NCBI GenBank assembly: GCA_965242965.1
Contig: OZ251518.1
Location: forward strand, 928,001-992,000
Source of the DNA: Candidatus Poribacteria bacterium
Lineage (GTDB): Bacteria > Poribacteria > WGA-4E > WGA-3G
Direction of reading: 5' to 3'
DNA: 64,000 nucleotides
Made by a program: the position numbers and the translations under genes. The notes under the pieces are model-generated. The model was not told where the DNA came from. It searched no databases and was given only the letters and a program-made list of their open reading frames with translations. Below are positions 10,320 to 19,030 of the stretch, piece after piece (within the stretch, counting starts at the first letter, position 1; each line of letters opens with the position of its first letter).

Positions 10320-10795
10320 GGCAGAGACCGTCCCCATACCGTAGGGCGAGGGCCTGTCCCTCGCCGTGCATCGATTTCCCCAAGCAATGCGGCTGCGGCT
10401 GGTTTTCTATATGACCGAGCGATCGCGGGGGACAGGCCCCCGCGCTACGATGAACAGAGACTGTCCCGTTACCGTAGGGCGAGGGCCTGTCCCTCGCCAT
10501 GCTGCGATCTGCCCAAGCAACGTCTGTAACCGCGTGGCTGCGGCTGGTTTTCTATATGACCGAGCGATCGCGGGGGACAGGCCCCCGCGCTACAGGTAGG
10601 CGGAGACCGTCTCCTTACCGTAGGGCGAGGGCCTGTCCCTCGCCATGCTGCGATCTGCCCAAGCAACGTCTGTAACCGCGTGGCTGCGGCTGGTTTTCTA
10701 TATGACCGAGCGATCGCGGGGGACAGGCCCCCGCGCTACGATGAATAGAGACCCTCCCTTCACCGTAGGGCGAGGGCCTGTCCCTCGCCATGCAT
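10320..10795. repeat. Tandem ~133-146 bp REP-doublet units (3 plus a partial)
   Basis: Units start at ~10338, 10471, 10617, 10762 with near-identical interiors. Confidence 0.9.
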
Positions 10796-10867
10796 CGGTC
10801 GGAACGAGAAATAGCCTGGGTCTGCGTGCCCGGGGCACGCCACAGCCGCGCCGACGCACCAGAGATC

Positions 10868-10947
10868 TAATCCTGTGAAATCCTGTTAATCTTGTAAATC
10901 CTGCTCATCTCTTGCTAATCCTGCTAATCGTGTAAATCCTGCTCCAA
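10868..10947 (+). repeat. AATCCTG/AATCTTG short tandem repeat module
   Basis: aatcctgtgaaatcctgttaatcttgtaaatcctgct...; relatives at ~519-567 and ~2275-2300. Confidence 0.75.
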
Positions 10948-10950
10948 AAT

Positions 10951-10979
10951 TTGACATTTGCCCCAAAATGTGGTAAAAT
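10951..10979 (+). promoter_or_regulatory. sigma70-type promoter of cimA
   Basis: TTGACA-17bp-TAAAAT with TG extension. Confidence 0.75.
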
Positions 10980-11019
10980 ATAATCAATAGTAACCAAAAG
11001 GAGACACCCAACTGCAAAA

Positions 11020-12609
11020 ATGGTCGACTTTTATGACACAACACTCAGGGACGGCAGCCAAGCGGAAGGTGTCGCGTTCTCTGTCGAAGATAAACTTATC
11101 ATCATTGAGGCACTGGACCGGCTCGGTATCCGCTATATTGAAGGCGGATATCCCGGCTCCAACCCGAAAGATATAGAATTTTTTAAGCGAGCGAAGGGAC
11201 TGGCGTTGGAAAACGCCACGGTTGTCCCGTTCGGAAGCACGCGGTATCCGACATTCGCGCCTGACGAAGATCCGAACTTGTCCGCGCTGCTTGACACCGG
11301 CGCGCGCACCGTCACGATTTTTGGCAAAACGTGGCGGCTCCACGCCACGGAAGTCCTCCGCGTGACAGCGAAGGCGAATCTGGAACTAATCGAGAGTTCA
11401 GTGCGGTATCTTCGCGAAAACGGCAGAGAAGTGATTTACGACGCGGAGCACTTCTTCGATGGCTACGCCGATGACTCGGCATACGCGCTGGAGACGCTAC
11501 ACGCAGCGGCAGCAGGCGGCGCGCAATGTATCGTCCTCTGTGATACCAACGGCGGCAGACTGCCTTTTGAAATTCAGGCAGGGGTGCATGCGGCGAAGGA
11601 GTCAGTGGTGCCGCTGCCTATCGGCATCCACGCGCACAACGACGCGGGCATGGGCGCGGCGAACTCTGTCTTGGCAGTGCAAGCCGGCGCAACTCACGTG
11701 CAAGGCACGTTCAACGGATATGGCGAACGGTGCGGCAACGCGAATCTCGCATCTATCATCCCAACAATTCAACTGAAATTGGGGAGAGCATGCCTCACGG
11801 AAAACCAATTGAAAGGGTTAACGGGTGTCTCGCGGTTGATTAGCGAACTGGCGAACCTGCCGCATGACGAACGACAGCCTTACGTCGGACGTTCCGCGTT
11901 CGCGCACAAAGGCGGATTACACACGGATGCCATCCGAAAAAACCGCTTGACTTACGAACACATCGAACCGGAACGCGTCGGGAATACGCAACGCATCCTC
12001 GTGTCAGACCAGGCGGGACGCGGCACTATCATCAAAAAGATTGAGAAGGAATACCCGAACTACGACAAAAATTCGCCTCAAGTCTTGGAGTTGTTTGAAA
12101 AGGTCAAGCAGGCGGAACGCGCCGGGTATCAGTATGAAGCCGCGGAGGCATCGTTTGAACTCCTCGCGCGCAAGGTGTTTAACGGGCATGCACCCTTCTT
12201 TGAATTTCTCGGTTATCGTGTCATCATCGAGAAATTCAGTGACCACACGATGCGCGCCGAAGCGACGATAAAAGTCGCCATGCCGCAGGGACAAGAAGTG
12301 CATACCGCCGCCGATGGCGATGGCCCTGTCAACGCGCTTGACAACGCGCTTCGGAAAGCATTGGAATATGCCTATCCATCGTTGCAGGTGGTGAGGCTCA
12401 TCGATTACAAAGTGCGCGCGCTGGATACCAAAGCCGGAACCAGCTCAAAAGTGCGCGTGCTTATTGAAGTCAGCGATGGCGAGGCGACCTGGCGTACCGT
12501 CGGGGTTTCGGAGAATAGCATCTCCGCCAGCTGCGAGGCGTTGATTGATAGTTTTGAGTATAAACTCTACATGGACAAGGATGCCACGGAGGCCGCGGGA
12601 GTCAAATAG
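11020..12609 (+). CDS. cimA: Citramalate synthase
   Basis: YDTTLRDGSQAEG, IEGGYPGSNPKD, YDAEHFFDG, HAHND, GERCGN, AFAHKGG, LeuA-type regulatory domain GDGPVNALD. Confidence 0.9.
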   Translation: MVDFYDTTLRDGSQAEGVAFSVEDKLIIIEALDRLGIRYIEGGYPGSNPKDIEFFKRAKGLALENATVVPFGSTRYPTFAPDEDPNLSALLDTGARTVTIFGKTWRLHATEVLRVTAKANLELIESSVRYLRENGREVIYDAEHFFDGYADDSAYALETLHAAAAGGAQCIVLCDTNGGRLPFEIQAGVHAAKESVVPLPIGIHAHNDAGMGAANSVLAVQAGATHVQGTFNGYGERCGNANLASIIPTIQLKLGRACLTENQLKGLTGVSRLISELANLPHDERQPYVGRSAFAHKGGLHTDAIRKNRLTYEHIEPERVGNTQRILVSDQAGRGTIIKKIEKEYPNYDKNSPQVLELFEKVKQAERAGYQYEAAEASFELLARKVFNGHAPFFEFLGYRVIIEKFSDHTMRAEATIKVAMPQGQEVHTAADGDGPVNALDNALRKALEYAYPSLQVVRLIDYKVRALDTKAGTSSKVRVLIEVSDGEATWRTVGVSENSISASCEALIDSFEYKLYMDKDATEAAGVK

Positions 12610-12621
12610 GGGGAGTGAAAC

Positions 12622-13164
12622 ATGGGGAATTTGGCACAGATTGAGCAGGCGGCGACGAAGATTATCGCGCTCTGTCAAAAGGAAAAACCGACGAAAACCG
12701 ACAAGCAGAAGATGCTCACGCTGCACGCCGACATCTTTAACGGCATCGAAAAACTTGCAGAATGCGAACGCTGTGGCGCGATTAGCGAGATGATTGTCAC
12801 GATGACGCTAGCGGAAGTGACAGCGAAGTTGTGCAAGGAGTGCGGTGTGAAGGCGTTGGAAACAGGGCAAATCCAGAAAACTGCCCCCCGGCGGCGGACG
12901 CGCCGCACGATGACATCAAAGCCGAAAGCCGAAACCGAAGCGCAGCAACCCGTATCTCCCGCGGAGTTGCACACCCGCGTTGAAGCGGAAACCGGCATTA
13001 AGAAGGCAGATGTCAAGCGCGTGCAGAAAATTTTAAACGACATCGCCACGCCGATGAGTCCAACGCACACCCTCACCTACGTCAAACGCGAGGTAGACAA
13101 CGCGAAGTTGAAGGTGGAGGCGGGGGCATTGGAAAAAGCGGTTGAGATGCTGATGGCGGGGTAG
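12622..13164 (+). CDS. Hypothetical protein with CxxC...CxxC Zn ribbon and basic linker
   Basis: CERCG, CKECG, PRRRTRR; 12 bp after cimA with RBS. Confidence 0.7.
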   Translation: MGNLAQIEQAATKIIALCQKEKPTKTDKQKMLTLHADIFNGIEKLAECERCGAISEMIVTMTLAEVTAKLCKECGVKALETGQIQKTAPRRRTRRTMTSKPKAETEAQQPVSPAELHTRVEAETGIKKADVKRVQKILNDIATPMSPTHTLTYVKREVDNAKLKVEAGALEKAVEMLMAG

Positions 13165-13169
13165 TCATC

Positions 13170-13600
13170 GTGTTCTTCGCAGGATACCGTTCCCTTGGAC
13201 AGCCATCGTTGTGTTCACCGTAGGGCGAGGGCCTGTCCCTCGCCATGCCGTAGCGTCCATTTTTATCGTAGGGCTTGGGCCCTCGCATGCCACACGTGCA
13301 TGCGAGCGGGTTTCCCTCGCCACAACGATCGCGGGGGACAGGCCCCCGCGCTACGGTAGCGTGAAGTGTTCTTGCCTCGCGGGGGACAGCCATCGTTGTC
13401 ATCTTCGTAGGGCTTGGGCCCTCGCATGCCACACGCGCATGCGAGAGGGTTTCCCTCGCCATGCAGCGATCGCGGGGGACAGGCCCCCGCGCTACGGGCC
13501 GCGTGGGGTTTTTGCCTCGCGGGGGACAGGCCCCCGCGCTACGGGCCGCGTGGGGTTCTTGCCTCGCGGGGGACAGGCCCCCGCCATGCAACGATCTAGC
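13170..13600. repeat. REP mosaic cluster
   Basis: GTAG hairpins; local 47-bp tandem copies at 13470-13585. Confidence 0.88.
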
Positions 13601-13638
13601 GGAATGTGCTTGGAAAAAATGCCCCGCGATAAAAAAAT

Positions 13639-13667
13639 TTGACAAATAAGATTCTATGTGGTATTAT
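13639..13667 (+). promoter_or_regulatory. sigma70-type promoter of ferredoxin
   Basis: TTGACA-17bp-TATTAT, A-rich UP-like tract. Confidence 0.75.
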
Positions 13668-13805
13668 TAATAATGTCCCTGAATCGCAACTCAGCTGACA
13701 GCGCGGTTTTCCGCAAATCCGACACCGTTTTTTGTATGTCCTTCATCAAGCCACCGGTTTGATGAAGGTTCTGATTCTAAACCGAGCGACAAGGAGTTTT
13801 CTCTC

Positions 13806-14063
13806 ATGACGTATGTAATTTGCGAACCTTGTGTTGACGTGAAGGACAGTGCATGCGTTGATGTGTGCCCTGTTGACTGCATTCACCCGCTGCCGGATGC
13901 CGAAGAGTTTGAAAAAGAAAAACAGCTCTTCATCGATCCGGAGGAGTGCATTGACTGCGGCGTTTGCGAGCCGGAATGCCCCGTGGAGGCAATCTTTATG
14001 GAAGAAGATGTGCCCGAGGAATGGGAGCATTTCATCGACATCAACGCCGACTACTTCGAGTAA
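13806..14063 (+). CDS. Ferredoxin (FdxA-type 7Fe/8Fe)
   Basis: MTYVICEPCVDVKDSACVDVCPVDCI...CIDCGVCEPECP; AAGGAG RBS. Confidence 0.95.
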   Translation: MTYVICEPCVDVKDSACVDVCPVDCIHPLPDAEEFEKEKQLFIDPEECIDCGVCEPECPVEAIFMEEDVPEEWEHFIDINADYFE

Positions 14064-14274
14064 CGCTAACGAGGCGCGCTGCAAGAGCGCGCCTCGCATC
14101 ATCGGTTATCGTCGCGCGCTGAAAAGCGCGCTCACGGTAATCGGTTGTCCCGCACCATGTAGCAATCCCAACGAGACCGGGAGGGCTCGCATACTGTCGA
14201 GACCAGGAGGTCTCTCCTACCGTCGAGACCGGGAGGGCTCGCCTACTGCGCGCCCGAACAGGTTGTCCCACACC

Positions 14275-14598
14275 ATGCAGCAATTCCAACCTACCGAACT
14301 CAAAAGAACGAGCGACGGTTTGGCTGTGAGCTGGAAAGATTCGCGCCACAGCAAACTCTCCTACCAGCTCCTCCGGGAGAAATGCCCGTGTGCCCGGTGT
14401 GAAGCGACACGCACCGGAAAAAACCCACTCCACATTTTGCCGTCCGCAGTTTTCTATGAAAACCTCACACTTGTGGACATTCAGCGGGTGGGACGTTACG
14501 CCGTGCGCCTTATCTGGAACGATGGACATCGCACCGGCATCTATACCTTTCAGTTTTTGCGCGAACTCGCCGATGCTAACAGCGAACGGACGACGTAG
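14275..14598 (+). CDS. DUF971 / GBBH-N-like domain protein
   Basis: W.D...LREKCPCARC, VGRYAV..WNDGHRTGIYTF; start trimmed to ATG 14275. Confidence 0.88.
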   Translation: MQQFQPTELKRTSDGLAVSWKDSRHSKLSYQLLREKCPCARCEATRTGKNPLHILPSAVFYENLTLVDIQRVGRYAVRLIWNDGHRTGIYTFQFLRELADANSERTT

Positions 14599-15137
14599 CA
14601 ATTCGGCGTTTTTCGGGTGGCACCCAGTGCCGCACTGAGCTCCCTGCACTGCCGCCAATAGTGCGCGTAATTGAGCGGCTTATAGTCGCGCCGCTGCCCG
14701 ATGAACGTTTTGTGGCAGCACGCCAATTCTCTCCCGTTATCCATCGGATAGCCCCAGACGCGACAGATAACCGGCCGGTGTTCATAGACGGCGCACACTC
14801 CACCGAGCAACATTGGACATTCTGCCTCAGGAGTGCCTCGAATTGTCTCTAGCACCGTCATGCCCGATGCCGGTGTGGCATTTGCCTCGTCGTAACCGAG
14901 TGCCTCAAGCCGGCTGATAGTCCGTTCCGCTTTCTGATGAATATGCGCGCGAATTTCGGCAGGCAGTGCATCCAAACCTTCTTGCAGATGGCGTGCCTCA
15001 ACCTCGCTGATTGCCATTGTCGCGGTGTTCTTGCAACAGTCAAAGCAGTTTGCAGGGCACGGCAATCTCCCATATTCTCCGCGGAGCCGCTGCACGTCTC
15101 GCGTAATTTCGGTGACAAGTTCGCGATAAGTTTGCAT
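14550..15137 (-). CDS. YkgJ/FliB-like Cys-cluster (Zn/Fe-S) protein
   Basis: CPANCFDCC, CPML..CAVYEHRPVICR; start trimmed to ATG 15137. Confidence 0.85.
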   Translation of the reverse strand: MQTYRELVTEITRDVQRLRGEYGRLPCPANCFDCCKNTATMAISEVEARHLQEGLDALPAEIRAHIHQKAERTISRLEALGYDEANATPASGMTVLETIRGTPEAECPMLLGGVCAVYEHRPVICRVWGYPMDNGRELACCHKTFIGQRRDYKPLNYAHYWRQCRELSAALGATRKTPNCYVVRSLLASASSRKN

Positions 15138-15150
15138 GATAGTCCCCGAA

Positions 15151-16098
15151 TTAGAACTCTCCGGTGGCACGGAGTGCCTTGAAATCGTAGAGCGCGTGCT
15201 GGAAGACGACGACCTTGGCACCGTTCTCCAAGATGAGTTTAATCTCGTAGGGGCTCACCCAGTCTATCGTCCCGCGAAAGATTTCACCCTCGCGAAGCGT
15301 CACCTCAATCACCTCACCGTTTTTGCGAGCGTTCCGCACCTGTTCTGCATCCAGCGCATACCCTTTTTCACTGGACTCAACTGGCTGCAATTGCTGTGCC
15401 TTGACACCCGCGTCTATGTCCATCGATGCCTGCACTTTCACGGCATCAATGTCTTTGTAACAGAATTTCACGTCTGTCTTGGCGAAAACCTGTTCCTGCC
15501 CGTTGCAGTTCAGCGTGAAACTGGTGAGCGTCATTTCCAAGACGATAGCCGGGAGCTCCCTCTGGTTATACAACGCAAAAAACATGGAGGTTTCAAGGTT
15601 AATCTGCTTCAGGATGTAAAGATCACCGAAACTCAGCTGCTTATTTGCGGCCTGTTCAGGAGACTGCGCGCGCGGCGATGCATCGCGCGGTTCTGCCCGC
15701 TCTTTCGGTGCAGGTGCCGCGGCTTTTTCTGCCTTCGGTTGCCGCCGCTGTGCAGAGGGTTGCCGCTGCCCGGATGACGTTCCGGCGTTCGTTTCCTCTT
15801 CCGCGAAGAATCCCTGGTTCTGGCCAGGAAAGCCGGCGTAACCGCGCGGAATAATCGCCTTCCCTTGCCGCAGCCAACGGCGTTCTGTCGGCGTAAGCAG
15901 CACCTCAACGTCTTGAGCAACGAGCCCCTTCTCGCCTTCAACAACGTTATACCGCACGCGCTGCCCGATGCGCAACTCTTCGTATTCCGGCCGCTGAATC
16001 GCCGAACTGTGTAAGAAGACATCCGCATCGCTGCTATCCTGCGCGATGAAACCGAAGCCCTTATCAAAATTGTAATACTTAATCCGTCCTGTAGGCAT
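15151..16098 (-). CDS. Cold-shock domain protein fused to tandem Hfq/Sm-like domains
   Basis: RNP1 KGFGFI and RNP2 DVFLH in aa 1-67; aa 249-307 align by eye with Hfq (L.xG..xG.I...Y.I.L...VFQHAL); aa 155-215 a degenerate copy. Confidence 0.8.
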   Translation of the reverse strand: MPTGRIKYYNFDKGFGFIAQDSSDADVFLHSSAIQRPEYEELRIGQRVRYNVVEGEKGLVAQDVEVLLTPTERRWLRQGKAIIPRGYAGFPGQNQGFFAEEETNAGTSSGQRQPSAQRRQPKAEKAAAPAPKERAEPRDASPRAQSPEQAANKQLSFGDLYILKQINLETSMFFALYNQRELPAIVLEMTLTSFTLNCNGQEQVFAKTDVKFCYKDIDAVKVQASMDIDAGVKAQQLQPVESSEKGYALDAEQVRNARKNGEVIEVTLREGEIFRGTIDWVSPYEIKLILENGAKVVVFQHALYDFKALRATGEF

Positions 16099-16202
16099 AA
16101 TCGACTCCTGTGTTCCTCCTCCACTTCAGGAAGGTGCCTATCGTCGTTTGCACGTTGCAAACCGCGTGCGCCCGCACCTGCAACGAGCCGGTCTTTTTTT
16201 TC

Positions 16203-16230
16203 TTGACATAAACCATTTTTCTGGTAGAAT
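16203..16230 (+). promoter_or_regulatory. sigma70-type promoter toward amidohydrolase
   Basis: TTGACA-16bp-TAGAAT. Confidence 0.55.
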
Positions 16231-16265
16231 AAGGCAAAGGAGAGTATCCTATTCCTCTACAAACT

Positions 16266-16294
16266 ATTTTAACCGATTTTGCCTTAATTGTCAA
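16266..16294 (-). promoter_or_regulatory. sigma70-type promoter of CSD-Hfq gene
   Basis: minus strand TTGACA-17bp-TAAAAT, implying a ~160-nt leader. Confidence 0.65.
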
Positions 16295-16321
16295 CTAAAA
16301 TCTGCAAAGGAGAATTTTATC

Positions 16322-17608
16322 GTGACTGATTTGACGCATCACATTCAGACTATCCGTCTCGTTGACACACATGAACACATGCGCCGAGAGAACGACTGGG
16401 TAGAAAACGGACCCGATATTCTGCAGGACTTGTTCGGTAACTACGTCCCCGCTGATCTCCACACGGCGGGTGCATCCCCTGAAGCGATGCGGAACCTGAT
16501 GGACGCGTCGCAGGATGTCGCCGAGCGGTTTGATGGCATCCGTGACGCATGGGAGGCGACACAATTCACCAGCTACGGCGAAGCCGTGCGCATCATCGCC
16601 AAGGATATCTATGGGCTCGATGAACTCACTCGCCAGGGACTCGCCGATGCCCAAGATAAGTCAAAGGCTCTCCGAAGCCCAGGCGAACGTTACCGTATTC
16701 TCCACGATGTTGCCAATCTGGACCAGGTTCAAACCGACGATTTCAGTTGGCAGTGTCTTCCTGATACATCCGGGCTCGATTTTTTCCTCTACGATTTGTC
16801 GTGGGCGACGTTCTGCAATGGACAAGTCGACCCGGGTGCTATCCACGCCGAGACAGGTATTGATGTCACCGACCTCGGTTCGCTTAAGCGTAGCATGGAG
16901 GCAATTTTTGCCAAACACGCGCCCCTGGCCATTGCCGTGAAATCGCAACACGCCTATAACCGCACGCTCAATTGGATCGAACGCAGCGATGACGAGGCGG
17001 CGCGGGCACTCAACGCTGTGCTGACACGCGATGCCTCTGAGATTGACGAAGCGACGCGCCTCTGTCTCGGCGATTGGTGTTGGGCGCGCGGCGTGGAACT
17101 TACCATTGAGCACAATCTCCCGTTCAAGATTCACACCGGGTATTACGCTGGCAATGACAGGATGCCGCTCCGCCGCATTCCCGCGGGGAATATGTGCGCC
17201 TTGTTTGCCCGGTATCTCGATGCGAAGTTTGTCCTAATGCACATCGCCTATCCTTACAATGACGAACTCGTCGCGCTGGCGAAGCATTACCGCAATATCT
17301 GGGTAGACTTCTGCTGGGCGTGGAGCATCGATGCCTATAGTTCGCGCGATTTCCTGCGGCGATGCATCCATGCCGTGCCGTCAAACAAGTTGTTCGCCTT
17401 CGGCGGCGACACCGGCTGGCCCACGAGTGCGATGGCTTACGCAATTCAGGCGAGAAACGGAATCCGTCGCGCCTTGGAGGCAGAAATCGCTGACGGCTAC
17501 CTCACCGAAAAACAGGCGATGGCGTTTGCAACCCGCATCATGCACACGAACCAGTATGCCTGCTTTGATGTTGAAGGCACGCGTGCCAACATCCAGAAAG
17601 CCGCGTAG
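16322..17608 (+). CDS. Amidohydrolase family protein (Amidohydro_2/uronate isomerase-like)
   Basis: VDTHEH, KIHTG, LMH..YPY, FGGD; GTG start with AAGGAG RBS. Confidence 0.85.
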   Translation: MTDLTHHIQTIRLVDTHEHMRRENDWVENGPDILQDLFGNYVPADLHTAGASPEAMRNLMDASQDVAERFDGIRDAWEATQFTSYGEAVRIIAKDIYGLDELTRQGLADAQDKSKALRSPGERYRILHDVANLDQVQTDDFSWQCLPDTSGLDFFLYDLSWATFCNGQVDPGAIHAETGIDVTDLGSLKRSMEAIFAKHAPLAIAVKSQHAYNRTLNWIERSDDEAARALNAVLTRDASEIDEATRLCLGDWCWARGVELTIEHNLPFKIHTGYYAGNDRMPLRRIPAGNMCALFARYLDAKFVLMHIAYPYNDELVALAKHYRNIWVDFCWAWSIDAYSSRDFLRRCIHAVPSNKLFAFGGDTGWPTSAMAYAIQARNGIRRALEAEIADGYLTEKQAMAFATRIMHTNQYACFDVEGTRANIQKAA

Positions 17609-17609
17609 C

Positions 17610-17925
17610 ATCCGATACCGCCTTGGCCCGTGGCGCGGGGGCCTGTCCCCCGCGTCGCCGATGCCGTCTTGGCCCGTAGCGCGGGGGCCTGTCCCCCGCG
17701 ATCGTTGCATGCGAGAGACATGCCCTCGTCTTCCCGTAGGAGAGACCTCCCTGTCTCGATTGTCCTCCGCGTCGCCGATGCATGGCGAGGGAAACCCGCT
17801 CGCATGCGCGGATGGCATGCGAGGGCCCAAGCCCTACGCAGAAGGGACCGTTTTTTTCCGTAGCGCGGGGGCCTGTCCCCCGCGATCGTTGGCACGGCGA
17901 GAGACAACCCCTCGCCCTACGGTAA
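17610..17925. repeat. REP mosaic cluster
   Basis: GTAG hairpin modules between convergent genes. Confidence 0.88.
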
Positions 17926-17934
17926 GAGAACCGG

Positions 17935-18969
17935 TTACTGAAACGCTCCCAGGCTCTCTATATAAGGCGGCCGCGCCACCCCCTTCTCCGTGATAATCGC
18001 CGTAACCAACGCTGCAGGCGTGACATCAAACGCAGGACTGTAAACCTTCACGCCTTCCGGTGCAGTCATCTTGCCGAATCCTTCCGTGATTTCTTCCGCT
18101 GCGCGCTGCTCAATAGGAATCTCGTCCCCGGTTTTCAGCGCGAAATCCAGTGTAGAGGTAGGCGCGGCAACATAGAACGGAATCCCGTGTGCTTCGGCGA
18201 GGATAGCGACGTTGTAAGTGCCGATTTTGTTTGCCGTGTCGCCGTTCGCGGCGATTCTGTCCGCCCCGACGATAACGCATTGGATCTTCCCCTCTTTCAT
18301 CACCTGCGCTGCCATGTTGTCACAGATGAGCGTCACGTCGATGCCTGCCTGCATCAGTTCCCATGTCGTCAGGCGCGCGCCTTGCAAGAGGGGCCGCGTC
18401 TCATCGGCGAAGACGTGGATGTTCTTCCCTGCTTCGTGCGCGCTGAACATGACTGCCAACGCCGTGCCGTAGTCGGATGTCGCCAACCCGCCGGCGTTGC
18501 AATGCGTCAAAATCGTGTCGTTTTCATTCAGTAATGCCATGCCGTGCTGGCCGATGGCGCGACACATCGCCTTATCTTCCTCAATGATTTCCTGTGCTTC
18601 AGCGAGGAGCCGTTCTTTGAGCGCGGGGATGTCAAGGTGGCTGTTTTCCGCCGCCGTGCGATTTATCCGCTCTAGTGCCCAGAACAGGTTAACGGCTGTC
18701 GGGCGCGAGGTTGCGAGATAGTCAGTTGCGGATTTCAGTTCCGCGGCAAATTCATCGTAGGTTGTAGCCGTGGAATCCCATGTGCCGAGGACTGCGCCTA
18801 GCGCGGCAGCGATGCCGATAGCCGGTGCACCACGGACGCGCAAGGCTTTAATCGCCTCCCACACCGATGCGATGTCATCGCAATAAATCTGTTTAAATTC
18901 AGTAGGCAGCAGCGTCTGATCGATCATCCGGATTCTGCCATTTGCCCATTCAATAGTTGAGACTGCCAT
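17935..18969 (-). CDS. mtnA: S-methyl-5-thioribose-1-phosphate isomerase
   Basis: VRGAPAIG, SRPTAVNLFWA, THCNAG.LAT..YGTAL, ETRPLLQGARLT, NKIGTY, PAFDVTP. Confidence 0.96.
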   Translation of the reverse strand: MAVSTIEWANGRIRMIDQTLLPTEFKQIYCDDIASVWEAIKALRVRGAPAIGIAAALGAVLGTWDSTATTYDEFAAELKSATDYLATSRPTAVNLFWALERINRTAAENSHLDIPALKERLLAEAQEIIEEDKAMCRAIGQHGMALLNENDTILTHCNAGGLATSDYGTALAVMFSAHEAGKNIHVFADETRPLLQGARLTTWELMQAGIDVTLICDNMAAQVMKEGKIQCVIVGADRIAANGDTANKIGTYNVAILAEAHGIPFYVAAPTSTLDFALKTGDEIPIEQRAAEEITEGFGKMTAPEGVKVYSPAFDVTPAALVTAIITEKGVARPPYIESLGAFQ

Positions 18970-19030
18970 AGTCGTTTCTATTTCCTTTCTTGTATTCTAG
19001 CATTGCCGCTTGCAGTTTTGCAAGACAAGT

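Noticed and set aside
10338-10790. CRISPR array (also considered for 28675-28870 and 40223-40770)
   Set aside because: Repeats alternate in orientation, intervening sequences are near-identical rather than unique spacers, and no cas genes are present
18970-19030. SAM riboswitch upstream of mtnA
   Set aside because: Leader is very short (promoter TTGCAA-18-TAGAAT close to the RBS) and lacks SAM-I consensus
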